A stretch of DNA of 64,000 nucleotides from Ignavibacteriales bacterium (GTDB taxonomy: Bacteria; Bacteroidota; Ignavibacteria; UBA10030): positions 534,737-598,736 of the forward strand of contig JAPLFR010000016.1 in assembly GCA_026390575.1 (NCBI GenBank). Direction: 5' to 3'. Position numbers and translations under genes: made by a program. Position 1 is the first letter of the stretch. The number at the start of each line of letters is the position of its first letter. Shown piece after piece: positions 10,064 through 19,783 of the stretch. The notes beneath the pieces are model-generated. The model was not told the DNA's origin. It worked only from the letters and a program-made list of their open reading frames with translations, and made no database searches.

Positions 10064-10864
10064 TTGAAACACATTTCCAATTCTCTGTTACTCATTCTTT
10101 TTGTTGGCCTTTGTGTGTCTGCAGCGAACGTTTACGCGGCAACCGTTGCAGACGATTCAAACAAAGTCAGTCAATTGATTGCGGAAGGAAATAACTTTTC
10201 AGAAAAAGTGTTTGACAACAAGAAAGCATTGGAAAAGTACAACGAAGCGCTTTCTCTTTCACCAAATGATTATGAAATCCTCTGGCGACTGAGCCGCACT
10301 TATGTTGACATCGGTGAACATCTTTCCGGTAAAACGGATGCAGAAAAACAAAAGCAACTGGAATTTTATGAGAAGTCTTTAGACTATGCAAAAAAAGCGA
10401 TTGCTGCCAACCCTCAGGGTGCAATGGGGTATACAAGAGAAGCAATTGCGAATGGTCGCATTGCACTCTTCCGTGGTGTTTTTGAATCGCTGAGTCTCGT
10501 TAAACAAACAAGGGCAGATTGTGAAAAAGCAATTTCTCTCGATGTAACAGAGCCGGCAGCATACTACGTACTGGGGCGCACAAATGCAAAGCTTTGCGAG
10601 AAACCAAAGTTTGTTCGCTGGCCATTGGGAATTGGTTGGGCAAACATGGATGATGCAATAAAGAATTACGAAAAATCAATCGAATTACGTCCGAACTTTA
10701 TAATGTACCGACTCGATTGTGCCCGCGCCTACGTTGAGATGGATGAATATGGAAAGGCGCGCGGGCATTTGATAAAAATTGCAACGTTGCCTAAAGAAGA
10801 CGAAGACGATGATGTCTTTCGGAAAGAAGCGTTAGAGTTGATAGAGAAGATAAAAGATAAGTGA
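10064..10864 (+). CDS. exported TPR protein (RMDN/RMD-1-like helical repeat)
   Basis: TTG start after GGAGG; signal peptide; ILWRLSR...YAKKAI TPR-type helices. Confidence 0.7.
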   Translation: MKHISNSLLLILFVGLCVSAANVYAATVADDSNKVSQLIAEGNNFSEKVFDNKKALEKYNEALSLSPNDYEILWRLSRTYVDIGEHLSGKTDAEKQKQLEFYEKSLDYAKKAIAANPQGAMGYTREAIANGRIALFRGVFESLSLVKQTRADCEKAISLDVTEPAAYYVLGRTNAKLCEKPKFVRWPLGIGWANMDDAIKNYEKSIELRPNFIMYRLDCARAYVEMDEYGKARGHLIKIATLPKEDEDDDVFRKEALELIEKIKDK

Positions 10865-12075
10865 AGAACTACGAGACGGAAAAAGGAATGATTATGGAAC
10901 ATAAGAAAGAATGTCCGGGCAAAGATAAATATTTAACCGGAAAGCGTGTTCTTCCCGCACCAATTTCCAAAGAGAGTACTCTTGCATCCGTTATTGACAA
11001 CATGGATGCTTACAATGGCGGAAGACTGAGAGCGGCGTGTCAATTACTGCGTGATAAATACTCCCAGGAAGATGTGACTATTGGTTTGAGTATTGCAGGT
11101 GCAATGACACCCGCAGGACTCGGTCCATCGACCATTATTCCATTAATGAATCATGGATTTGTAGATTGGCTCGTTGCAACCGGTGCGAATATGTACCACG
11201 ATCTCCATTTTGCTTTCAATATGCCGCTCTTCCGCGGTAGTCATAACGTGGATGATGCCGATCTTCGCGACAAAGGGGTGACAAGAATTTACGACATCCT
11301 TTTTGATTATCAAGATGTACTGATGGAGTCAGATAAAATTTTACGGAAAATTATGCTGCGTCCTGAATTCCAAAAGGAGATGGGAACCCGGGAATACTAT
11401 TATCATCTTGGCAAAGTGATCAATGAATACGAGCATAAGAGTAATATCGGTCAGGTAAGTGTGCTCGCGGCTGCATATCGAAATGGTATTCCAGTCTTCA
11501 CATCCTCCCCCGGCGATTCAACAATTGGTATGAATGTAGCTGGATTGGAATTGCTTGCAGAAGCATCCGGAATGCTCGATCGATTCAAACTCAAGATTAA
11601 TCCGAGTATCGACGTCAACGACTCGACCGCCATCATACTGAACGCCAAGCAATATGAAAAAGGAAAAACCGGCGTTATTCTCATCGGCGGCGGCAGCCCC
11701 AAGAATTTTATGCTACAAACTGAGCCGCAAATTCAGGAAGTATTGATGATTCCTGAAGCAGGTCAGGATTATGATATTAATATCACCGATGCACGACCGG
11801 ACACTGGCGGTCTTTCCGGTGCACCGCCAAGCGAAGCGGCCAGCTGGGGTAAAATAGATCCTACTAAACTTGACGAAACGGTAACCGCATATGTAGATTC
11901 GACTATTGCCTTTCCACTCATGGCGGCTTATGTCATACAAACAACAAAGCCAAAGAAACTGAAACGACTGTACGATCGCGGCGATGAACTTCGGCAGAAA
12001 CTTATCAAATCGTATCTTGAAAACAATAAAGAAGTTGAGGAATTAAAATCGCTTATGAATAAGCTTTTTGCATAA
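10861..12075 (+). CDS. deoxyhypusine synthase-like protein (probable homospermidine synthase, SpeY-type)
   Basis: GAMTPAGLG, TGANMYHD, SSPGDS, GGGSPKNF, DTGGLSGA, EAASWGK with catalytic Lys. Confidence 0.88.
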   Translation: MKNYETEKGMIMEHKKECPGKDKYLTGKRVLPAPISKESTLASVIDNMDAYNGGRLRAACQLLRDKYSQEDVTIGLSIAGAMTPAGLGPSTIIPLMNHGFVDWLVATGANMYHDLHFAFNMPLFRGSHNVDDADLRDKGVTRIYDILFDYQDVLMESDKILRKIMLRPEFQKEMGTREYYYHLGKVINEYEHKSNIGQVSVLAAAYRNGIPVFTSSPGDSTIGMNVAGLELLAEASGMLDRFKLKINPSIDVNDSTAIILNAKQYEKGKTGVILIGGGSPKNFMLQTEPQIQEVLMIPEAGQDYDINITDARPDTGGLSGAPPSEAASWGKIDPTKLDETVTAYVDSTIAFPLMAAYVIQTTKPKKLKRLYDRGDELRQKLIKSYLENNKEVEELKSLMNKLFA

Positions 12076-12095
12076 TTTCCTACGAGACTCAATAG

Positions 12096-12146
12096 ACCGC
12101 AAAGAACGCTGAAGATATGCTTCACGCACTGAGCGGTTTTATTTTT
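12096..12146 (+). repeat. imperfect hairpin (ACCGC...TGAAG-ATATG-CTTCA...GCGGT) followed by T-rich tract
   Basis: Visible inverted repeat between DHS-like and decarboxylase genes; REP-like or weak terminator. Confidence 0.4.
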
Positions 12147-12169
12147 ATACAACAAGGAAAGAAATAGAA

Positions 12170-13303
12170 ATGAAAGAAGCGCTTCTGAAATTAGTAGAAC
12201 AGCATGGCACTCCGTTGTTCATACTCGATCACGATAAAATTCGGGAAAACTACCGGACATTTAAAAAACACTTACCGCGGGTTCAGTGTTATTACGCAGT
12301 CAAAGCAAATTCCACTCAGCAGATTATCGAGACTTTGTTCAAAGAAGGATCCAGTTTTGATGTAGCATCATACAACGAATTCATGCAGGTGTACCAGTAT
12401 ATAAAACATTTCGACAAAAAAGATAAAAAGCATTTTGTCTGGGATAAGATTATTTTTTCCAACACAATCAAAGACAAAATCACGCTGAGCAAGATCAAGC
12501 AATACAAACCCTTGGTGACATTTGACAATAGCGACGAACTGAAAAAGCTAAAAGATCATTGCGAGACTGCAGGATTGGTTGTGCGGCTGAAAGTTCCAGA
12601 TACCGGTTCACAAGTTGAAATGAGTTCAAAATTTGGCGCCGAACCTGCCGATGCACAAAAACTGATACAACAAGCATTCGATATGGGATTAAAGGTTGAA
12701 GGTATTAGTTTTCACGTAGGCAGCCAATGTACAAATTTCGACAATTTCACAGCAGCGCTTGCTATCACTTCAGAGATTTTTAACGATGCCCGTAGAAAAG
12801 GATTCAATCTCAATTTGGTAGATATTGGCGGCGGATTTCCAGTTCCGTACGATCCGCAAGTACCGGAATTTAAAGTTCTTGCCGGTTTATTGAATTCAGA
12901 ATTCAAAAGGCTGTTCCCGGATGACATTGAAATTCTTGCTGAACCTGGACGTTTCATGGTAGCAACCGCCGCGACGCTCGTTTCTGAAATCATCGGCAAA
13001 GCCCGCAGAGATGGAAAAGTATTCTATCATATCAATGATGGGGTGTATCATACTTTTTCTGGAGTAGTATACGATCATTGGATTCCGAACTTCAGTGCTT
13101 GGAAGGAAGGTGAAAAAGAAATATGCGCAGTGGTCGGACCCACATGCGACAGTTTCGATAAAATTACGTTATCGGCGGAACTGCCGGCAAGCCTGGAAGT
13201 TGGCGATTATCTTTTAACTGACAATATCGGAGCGTACAGTACAGCGTCGTCTACAAAATTTAACGGATTCAACGGATCAAAAATTATACACATGAATTTG
13301 TGA
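12170..13303 (+). CDS. ornithine/lysine decarboxylase (fold-type III PLP enzyme)
   Basis: YAVKAN (PLP Lys), SKFG, FHVGSQ, DIGGGF, EPGR, GPTCD, GAY. Confidence 0.9.
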   Translation: MKEALLKLVEQHGTPLFILDHDKIRENYRTFKKHLPRVQCYYAVKANSTQQIIETLFKEGSSFDVASYNEFMQVYQYIKHFDKKDKKHFVWDKIIFSNTIKDKITLSKIKQYKPLVTFDNSDELKKLKDHCETAGLVVRLKVPDTGSQVEMSSKFGAEPADAQKLIQQAFDMGLKVEGISFHVGSQCTNFDNFTAALAITSEIFNDARRKGFNLNLVDIGGGFPVPYDPQVPEFKVLAGLLNSEFKRLFPDDIEILAEPGRFMVATAATLVSEIIGKARRDGKVFYHINDGVYHTFSGVVYDHWIPNFSAWKEGEKEICAVVGPTCDSFDKITLSAELPASLEVGDYLLTDNIGAYSTASSTKFNGFNGSKIIHMNL

Positions 13304-13310
13304 GATATTA

Positions 13311-13739
13311 TTATTCATCGATTTGTGCGACAGTACCACGGTTTATTCGCGCCTGTACTAACTTACCAATCCAAGCACTCATCGAAGTATAAGAAAATAC
13401 CACAACTGCCCAAAAGTAATAGAAACCAATGGTTTTAGGTATAGAATAATGACTCACTGCCATTGTTCCGTAATACAATAATGCTGAAATACCCGGTTCA
13501 AATATTGCTTTCCCTTTTGAGCGATAGCCGATATAGAATGCAATGACTATAGTTTCAAGGGTGGCAATTAATCGGACTATAGTGGGGGTGTTAATCAGGA
13601 CGTTTAAAATATTAATATTTATATAGACCAGCACAACGCTGAAAATAATGCCGGGTAATAAAAGAACGACAACCATAAAACAATACCCAATTCCTACCCA
13701 CCTCCAATCAATATGAATTTTCTTATCCGTTCTGAGCAT
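13311..13739 (-). CDS. hypothetical membrane protein (about 4 TM)
   Basis: Hydrophobic 142-aa ORF, AGGAG RBS upstream on minus strand. Confidence 0.65.
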   Translation of the reverse strand: MLRTDKKIHIDWRWVGIGYCFMVVVLLLPGIIFSVVLVYININILNVLINTPTIVRLIATLETIVIAFYIGYRSKGKAIFEPGISALLYYGTMAVSHYSIPKTIGFYYFWAVVVFSYTSMSAWIGKLVQARINRGTVAQIDE

Positions 13740-13772
13740 TTTCTTTCTCCTTACTACAAAAACGATATACTC

Positions 13773-14567
13773 TTACTCTTTAAACTTACCGAAATATTGC
13801 CAATCACTCATTTTTCCATGGTTATCTATTCGCACTTTAACACTGGCATCCGAATAAATCTTTGATTGGCCGGTGAGAATAACAGTACTATCCATACCGG
13901 ATGTTGTATATGTGCCATTTTCAGTCTCTGAAAGTTTAACTGGTAATATATATCCAATAAACGATCCATGACCACCGCCCAATTCATGAGGCAATGCTTT
14001 ATACTGATGCACTTGCCAGGCAGTCGCATTGAGATCATTGATGATATTGTCCTTGTTGGTTTGGATTGCCGTCGAGGCTCTCAATGGGTTATCTATTATT
14101 TTTATTTCTATATACATTTTCAAAAAAGAATAGATTGCCAAGGCAAGAATAAAGGAACCTCCAATTATTGACAATATCGTATATGCTCGAGGAACATTAT
14201 TATTCTTTTCTGTCGTTTTTTCTTCGTATCGTTTCTTCCAACCCAAGAAAAAGAGGGCCGGTGCAATGATAAAAAGAAGAATGCTGATGAGCAAATAAAG
14301 ACGCTGAGAAAAAGGAACAAGATCAAGCGGGCTGCCTGAGAATTCTTTTTCACTATTCTTTATGGTTAAGTTTGATGCTTTATTCCAAGGCGAAGAGGTA
14401 ATGCCGAAATTTCTATCAGATGTTCGATCAGGTAGGAAATAATAATTGAAAAAAAGTGAAAAGAGCACAGCGCCAGTGAGAATGACAAGCATGAATATAA
14501 AATCATTAGAGAAACCCAACGGCTCTTTCTTTTTATCCGGTTCAGGAGTATCAATTTTCTGATTCAT
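13773..14567 (-). CDS. membrane protein with C-terminal pilin-like domain
   Basis: 3 TM segments, then NKDNIINDL...QY...PHELGGGHGSF.GY...TENGTY segment. Confidence 0.6.
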   Translation of the reverse strand: MNQKIDTPEPDKKKEPLGFSNDFIFMLVILTGAVLFSLFFNYYFLPDRTSDRNFGITSSPWNKASNLTIKNSEKEFSGSPLDLVPFSQRLYLLISILLFIIAPALFFLGWKKRYEEKTTEKNNNVPRAYTILSIIGGSFILALAIYSFLKMYIEIKIIDNPLRASTAIQTNKDNIINDLNATAWQVHQYKALPHELGGGHGSFIGYILPVKLSETENGTYTTSGMDSTVILTGQSKIYSDASVKVRIDNHGKMSDWQYFGKFKE

Positions 14568-15207
14568 GGTTTACTCCTTGCTCTGTGAGAATAAATTTTT
14601 CCTGTATGGTCCCTTTTTTGCCATTGATATTTTCAAAAAGCGGATTTCTTCCTCGTGCGTATCTATCTTGCGCAACGACTATTACTTGAGTATCTGTTAA
14701 AACAGTCAATGTGCATACCATTGAGGTATCCCATGCCTCGTGTAACTGATGGATATTTGATTGCACGGGAGCATGTGGATATGTTTGCTGAAATATTTGA
14801 CCAAGAGTAGTATTCTTTACTTTTCCTTGAGTATGAAAGAGCTCAAGAACTTCGATGAGGTCATTCGGTACTTCAGATAAAATCAAGTCACGGCCAATAA
14901 TACTTCTAATCGAAAGAAGCGTTTCTTTCTGCCAATAACTTTGATTTTCCGAGGTGATCCATGTCGTGATGATACAACCCAAGACGACAATACTGCAAAT
15001 CACAGCGATAATGCGTGTCCGTACTGGGAAAGGATACCTTAATGTATAGATCATAAGTGCTGCAATGTAAAGCATTGCAATTATTCCGGCAGTATCCATC
15101 GAGGGCCACAATTCTGGCGAATTGCCCGGAAGAAAGAAACCAATGGTTACAATGGTGATGCCGACAAGAAGCCATTTTACTATCATATTACCCCCTATTC
15201 TGAACAC
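14551..15207 (-). CDS. hypothetical membrane protein (3 TM plus soluble domain)
   Basis: 218-aa ORF overlapping the start of the downstream gene. Confidence 0.65.
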   Translation of the reverse strand: MFRIGGNMIVKWLLVGITIVTIGFFLPGNSPELWPSMDTAGIIAMLYIAALMIYTLRYPFPVRTRIIAVICSIVVLGCIITTWITSENQSYWQKETLLSIRSIIGRDLILSEVPNDLIEVLELFHTQGKVKNTTLGQIFQQTYPHAPVQSNIHQLHEAWDTSMVCTLTVLTDTQVIVVAQDRYARGRNPLFENINGKKGTIQEKFILTEQGVNHESEN

Positions 15208-15293
15208 AAAGTATAAAGAAGCTCTACATGTTCAAACAAATGAGTTAAAATATGCAGTTCGTTGTCGATTGCTATATTGGCATTGTCACGATG

Positions 15294-16700
15294 CTAAAAA
15301 TAACTTGATCCATCCCAGCAATGTGTGCAGAGTTTCTCCTTGGGTAGTCCTATCGCTTCGACCAGATCATCCAGTTTCTGATATTGTAAAGATGTAAAAT
15401 CAAGTCTCTTCCTAACTTGTTCTACCATAGATTTGTATTTATCATTTTCGGGATCAGAATACCCTTTCATATCGCAATCTTCTCTACCGGTAAGTTCTTT
15501 GACTGCAATGTACGATGCGAGATCCATGTTAGATCTAGAGCGGCTGAAATTAAGAAACTCACATGGAAATGTGAGAGGTGGACATGCGATACGCATGTGA
15601 ACTTCCTTCATACCCGCATCATGCAAATCACGCACGTTATCTTTCAGCTGGGTGCCCCGCACAATCGAGTCATCAAGGAATATTCCTCGTTTTCCTTTTA
15701 TCACCGATTCATTTGGTATGAGCTTCATTTTGGCAACTAAGTCACGCATATGTTGGCTTTGCGGCATAAAACTCCGCGGCCATGTAGGCGTGTATTTTGC
15801 ATAGGGCCTTTTTAACGGAATTCTTTTTTCGTTACTGTATCCCATCGCATGCCCAATGCCGGAATCAGGAATGCCTGCAACAAAGTCCGCCTCTACAGAA
15901 TCTCTCTTGGCAAGTGCTGCACCGCAGCGGTAACGGCATTCGTCGACATTTTTGCATTCATAAAACGATGGCGGATAACCATAATACACCCAGAGAAATG
16001 AACATATTTGCATGTTATCATTCGGCTTGCGCAATTGTTCATATCCATCTGCCGTGATACGTATAATTTCTCCGGGGCCTATATATTTTTCAATCTCATA
16101 GTTCAGGTTCGGGAATGCGCATGTTTCAAAAGCAACGGCATACGCTTCTTTTTTCTTTCCTAAAACAATGGGTGTCCTTCCAAGTTTATCGCGGGCCGCA
16201 ATAATGCAATCCTCAGTTAAAATCAATATGGAGCAAGAACCTTTCACAAGATCATACACATTTTGTATACCGGATGTAAAGTCATCCCCTTCGGCAATCA
16301 GCATTGCAACCAGTTCAGTTGGATTAATTGCACCCTGACTCGTTTCTGTAAATGTGTGCCGCAATTTTAGGCATCGCTTTTCTAACTCTGCAATGTTGAC
16401 AATCTTGCTTACCGTTGCCACAGCAAAGCGTCCCATATGCGATGTAACAAGAATCGGCTGAGCGTCAGTATCGCTGACGACACCGATTCCAAGATTTCCT
16501 GTGAAGCCGGTAATATTGGCTTCAAATTTATTTCTGAAATATCCGTCTTCTAGACTATGAATGGCACGCTGAAATCCGTTCTCTTGAGAGAAGAATGACA
16601 TTCCTCCCCTTTTTGTGCCGAGGTGAGAATGATAATCGGTGCCGTAAAAAACATCCGACACACAGGAATGTTTTGCGATACTGCCAAAAAATCCACCCAT
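15294..16700 (-). CDS. purF: amidophosphoribosyltransferase (N-terminus MGGFFG, no Cys1)
   Basis: PRPP-binding FLDDSIVRGT, PDSG, RSF, Fe-S Cys in ACPP..PC and LCTHCW. Confidence 0.92.
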   Translation of the reverse strand: MGGFFGSIAKHSCVSDVFYGTDYHSHLGTKRGGMSFFSQENGFQRAIHSLEDGYFRNKFEANITGFTGNLGIGVVSDTDAQPILVTSHMGRFAVATVSKIVNIAELEKRCLKLRHTFTETSQGAINPTELVAMLIAEGDDFTSGIQNVYDLVKGSCSILILTEDCIIAARDKLGRTPIVLGKKKEAYAVAFETCAFPNLNYEIEKYIGPGEIIRITADGYEQLRKPNDNMQICSFLWVYYGYPPSFYECKNVDECRYRCGAALAKRDSVEADFVAGIPDSGIGHAMGYSNEKRIPLKRPYAKYTPTWPRSFMPQSQHMRDLVAKMKLIPNESVIKGKRGIFLDDSIVRGTQLKDNVRDLHDAGMKEVHMRIACPPLTFPCEFLNFSRSRSNMDLASYIAVKELTGREDCDMKGYSDPENDKYKSMVEQVRKRLDFTSLQYQKLDDLVEAIGLPKEKLCTHCWDGSSYF

Positions 16701-16824
16701 AATTTTCCTTATGCAAGAATAAATATTTGGGGATGAAAAAATCTAGGCTGCGATGATGAAACAACATCGCTACAATAATACAAGAATATTTCTAATTATC
16801 TTAGAACTATTTTGAGGAAGACAT

Positions 16825-18009
16825 TCAGGCTATATGTAAACTTGTTGGATTCTTTTCACGCCGCTTCTTGAACATCAATGCAAAATAAACGCCGAGCATT
16901 AACAACACAGCTGATAGTATGTACGGTCCAGAATGATGAATCTCGTACAAAAAGCCAGAAAGAATCGGTGCTATCACCATATATGCAGACATCAGCGCAG
17001 AGAGAACTCCCATCGTCTCTCCTTTCTTTGAAGGATCGGCTGCGGCTGCAGCTTGACTTGTAATAACAACGCGGAGTATAGCCTGGCCTGTTCCTGAACC
17101 AAGAAAGCTCAGATAAAACAACAATAAGATTTCTGTCGAGACCATGAGAGAGGAAATCGCTAGCACTAGAAGCATCATAATTTCAAGTTTTGACTCCGAA
17201 AATTTTTCCAGCCAAAACTTCTTAAGTAGAAAGCCCTGGTTCATCACAACAATCACACCGACCATCGTGAACATCATCCCGGTTTGAAACGCGCTAAATC
17301 CAAACACATCTTTTACAAATAGACCGAAGACTGTCTGGCTTGTTACAATGGCGAAGGCAAAGAATGACCATGTGAAATAAAGCGGGCGCAATTTTTCATC
17401 TCGTGCTGCTCGCATGAGCGGTGCAAGTGGATTAAAATTCATCGGACTGTGCGCATCGCGTTTATGATGTGTCTCTGGTAGAAAGAAAAATGCAGAGACA
17501 GCGTTTGTTGTGGCAAGTGCACCCGCGATCCAAAATGGAAATGCATGCGACACTTTACTTAACGCACCGCCAATCAAAGGGCCTAAAATGAATCCTATAC
17601 CGAATGCCGCTCCAATAAGTCCAATATTTGCGGACCGCTCCTTTTCATCTTTCGCAAGATCTACCATATAACTTTGTGCCGTCGTGAAGTTTCCTGCAGC
17701 GCATCCGTCGATAATACGGCCAAGGAAAAGCATCCAAAGAGAATGTGCACTCGCAAAGACGAACCATCCTATTGCCGTGCTGGCAACACTGAGAAGAAAG
17801 ATCGGTCTTCGTCCGATTCTATCTGACCACGCTCCGAGCAGCGGCGCACTCAAGAACGAAAAAAAGGAAAATGTGGCAAATAAAAGCGTAACGATGACTG
17901 CCGAAGCGCCGAATTCCGTAACATAGAACGGCAAGATAGGAATGACAATGCCGAATCCGATGACATCGACCAGAACAGACGAAATAACAATGAGTTTTTG
18001 TTTTTGCAT
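16825..18009 (-). CDS. MFS transporter, TetA/DHA1-like efflux family
   Basis: DVIGFGIVIPILP, GAWSDRIGRRP motif A, GFILGPLIGG motif C; start placed at MQKQKL. Confidence 0.9.
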   Translation of the reverse strand: MQKQKLIVISSVLVDVIGFGIVIPILPFYVTEFGASAVIVTLLFATFSFFSFLSAPLLGAWSDRIGRRPIFLLSVASTAIGWFVFASAHSLWMLFLGRIIDGCAAGNFTTAQSYMVDLAKDEKERSANIGLIGAAFGIGFILGPLIGGALSKVSHAFPFWIAGALATTNAVSAFFFLPETHHKRDAHSPMNFNPLAPLMRAARDEKLRPLYFTWSFFAFAIVTSQTVFGLFVKDVFGFSAFQTGMMFTMVGVIVVMNQGFLLKKFWLEKFSESKLEIMMLLVLAISSLMVSTEILLLFYLSFLGSGTGQAILRVVITSQAAAAADPSKKGETMGVLSALMSAYMVIAPILSGFLYEIHHSGPYILSAVLLMLGVYFALMFKKRREKNPTSLHIA

Positions 18010-18136
18010 ATTTGAATTTAAAATAATATTAATTTGAATCAATTATTGAACACTGAAGTGATACGAAGAGGTTCCGTTTATCCTCACCTGCTGTCGAAAT
18101 AACCGGACAGGAGATTCACAGAGACAATTGTTACGC

Positions 18137-18165
18137 TTGACATCGCACACCATTCACCGTACCTT
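18137..18165 (+). promoter_or_regulatory. sigma70-type promoter TTGACA-N17-TACCTT
   Basis: Consensus -35, 17-bp spacer, 16 bp upstream of radical SAM ATG. Confidence 0.6.
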
Positions 18166-18181
18166 ACTGCCGAGGTGAGTG

Positions 18182-19234
18182 ATGCCCGAAGTTACTTTGA
18201 AAGATATCCTTGCTGACCATACGAAAGAAGGCGAACTATACACCAAGTTATCAAATAACTGGGTGCAGTGTTTTGCTTGCGGACATCGATGTAAAGTCCC
18301 GCCGGATAAGGATGGAATTTGCAAAATTCGATTCAATCGACACGGAACGCTATTTGTTCCGCAGGGGTATGTCTCCGGTATTGCAATTGATCCAATAGAA
18401 AAGAAACCATTTTTTCATGCCTATCCGGGATCTTCTACTTTAAGTTTCGGTATGCTTGGCTGCGATTTTCATTGCTCATTTTGTCAAAACTGGATAACCT
18501 CACAAACTCTGCGCGATCCTCATGCCGTTTCTACTATCGAGGTAATAACGGCTGAAGAAATTGTTCGTCTTGCTCTTCGGCATAAAACGCCAATCATCAC
18601 CAGTACCTACAACGAACCGCTCATTACAACTGAATGGGCTGTAGAAATATTCAAACTTGCAAAGAAGGCCGGACTTGTTACTTCGTATGTGTCGAACGGC
18701 AATGCCACGCCGGAAGTGCTCGACTATCTTCAGCCGTGGATTGATCTCTATAAAGTTGATTTGAAATCATTCCGTCAAAAAGCATATGGACAAATGGGCG
18801 GAGTGCTGCAGCATGTGCTTGACACAATCCCATCTCTGCACAAGCGCGGTAAGTGGGTTGAAGTCGTTACGCTTGTTGTTCCGGGAATGAATGATTCAAA
18901 CGAAGAATTAACCGATATCGCCAAATTTATTCATTCCGTCTCGCCTGATATTCCTTGGCACGTGACGGCATATCACCAGGGATATAAAGTGACAGGTGAA
19001 GAGTTCACTCCCATCTCCACACTCATTCGTGCGGCAGAGATCGGTTACAAAGAAGGATTGCACTTTGTCTATACAGGCAATCGTCCGGGACAAACGCGCA
19101 ACTACGAGAATACGTATTGTTATTCTTGTAACGAACTGCTTATTGAGCGCCGAGGGTTCCAGGTATTGCGTAACCGAATATCAAACGGAACGTGCTTCAA
19201 ATGCGGCACAAAGATAGCCGGCAGATGGAAATGA
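18182..19234 (+). CDS. amrS: AmmeMemoRadiSam system radical SAM enzyme
   Basis: CFACGHRC, DPIEKKPFFH, GCDFHCSFCQNW (CxxxCxxC), TYNEP, C-terminal CxxC..CxxC. Confidence 0.9.
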   Translation: MPEVTLKDILADHTKEGELYTKLSNNWVQCFACGHRCKVPPDKDGICKIRFNRHGTLFVPQGYVSGIAIDPIEKKPFFHAYPGSSTLSFGMLGCDFHCSFCQNWITSQTLRDPHAVSTIEVITAEEIVRLALRHKTPIITSTYNEPLITTEWAVEIFKLAKKAGLVTSYVSNGNATPEVLDYLQPWIDLYKVDLKSFRQKAYGQMGGVLQHVLDTIPSLHKRGKWVEVVTLVVPGMNDSNEELTDIAKFIHSVSPDIPWHVTAYHQGYKVTGEEFTPISTLIRAAEIGYKEGLHFVYTGNRPGQTRNYENTYCYSCNELLIERRGFQVLRNRISNGTCFKCGTKIAGRWK

Positions 19235-19270
19235 TATGATTTATATTATAATTGCTCAAGAGGAGATAAT

Positions 19271-19771
19271 ATGAATTTTACTTTCTTGCCTGATATTGTT
19301 AGTTTTTTCTTGCTTTGCTGGGCATTTAACTTGCTCTGGAAACAGCGGAAACAGTTTCAGTCTTTAATTCCAATTGCGATTGCTGTTGTTTTCTTATCCA
19401 TCGGTAGAATTTCGGATGTTATTCTTGACTTATCAATATCTCGCTACTCGTCGTCTCCGCTTGGCTGGAAGCGCGAAAGTTTTGATTTAATTTTGACAAA
19501 CGCCGGCAACATTTGCGATGTTTTAGGAATATTGCTTCTTGTTTACGGATTTCTTAAAACAATCGAGTTCCAGAAAAAGGAAAAAAAGCGGATTCAAGAT
19601 TTGGAAACTTTGCTTCCGCTTTGTGCATGGTGTAAAAAATATCGCGCGGAAAACGGCGAGTGGAAACCCATTGAAGATTATCTCCGCGATAGCGGTGCAC
19701 CGGCAGTGACACATGGTATTTGCCCGGAGTGTGCCGTTGAGCAAATGAATATAGCAAAACAAAAAGATTAA
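19271..19771 (+). CDS. membrane protein with C-terminal Cys/His motif (LLPLCAWCKK...THGICPEC)
   Basis: 3 TM helices then a putative Zn-binding tail usually found on signalling proteins. Confidence 0.75.
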   Translation: MNFTFLPDIVSFFLLCWAFNLLWKQRKQFQSLIPIAIAVVFLSIGRISDVILDLSISRYSSSPLGWKRESFDLILTNAGNICDVLGILLLVYGFLKTIEFQKKEKKRIQDLETLLPLCAWCKKYRAENGEWKPIEDYLRDSGAPAVTHGICPECAVEQMNIAKQKD

Positions 19772-19783
19772 CAAACCACCAGA

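Noticed and set aside
18050..18130. Structured leader/riboswitch upstream of the MFS transporter
   Set aside because: No match by eye to guanidine, fluoride or other riboswitch consensus.
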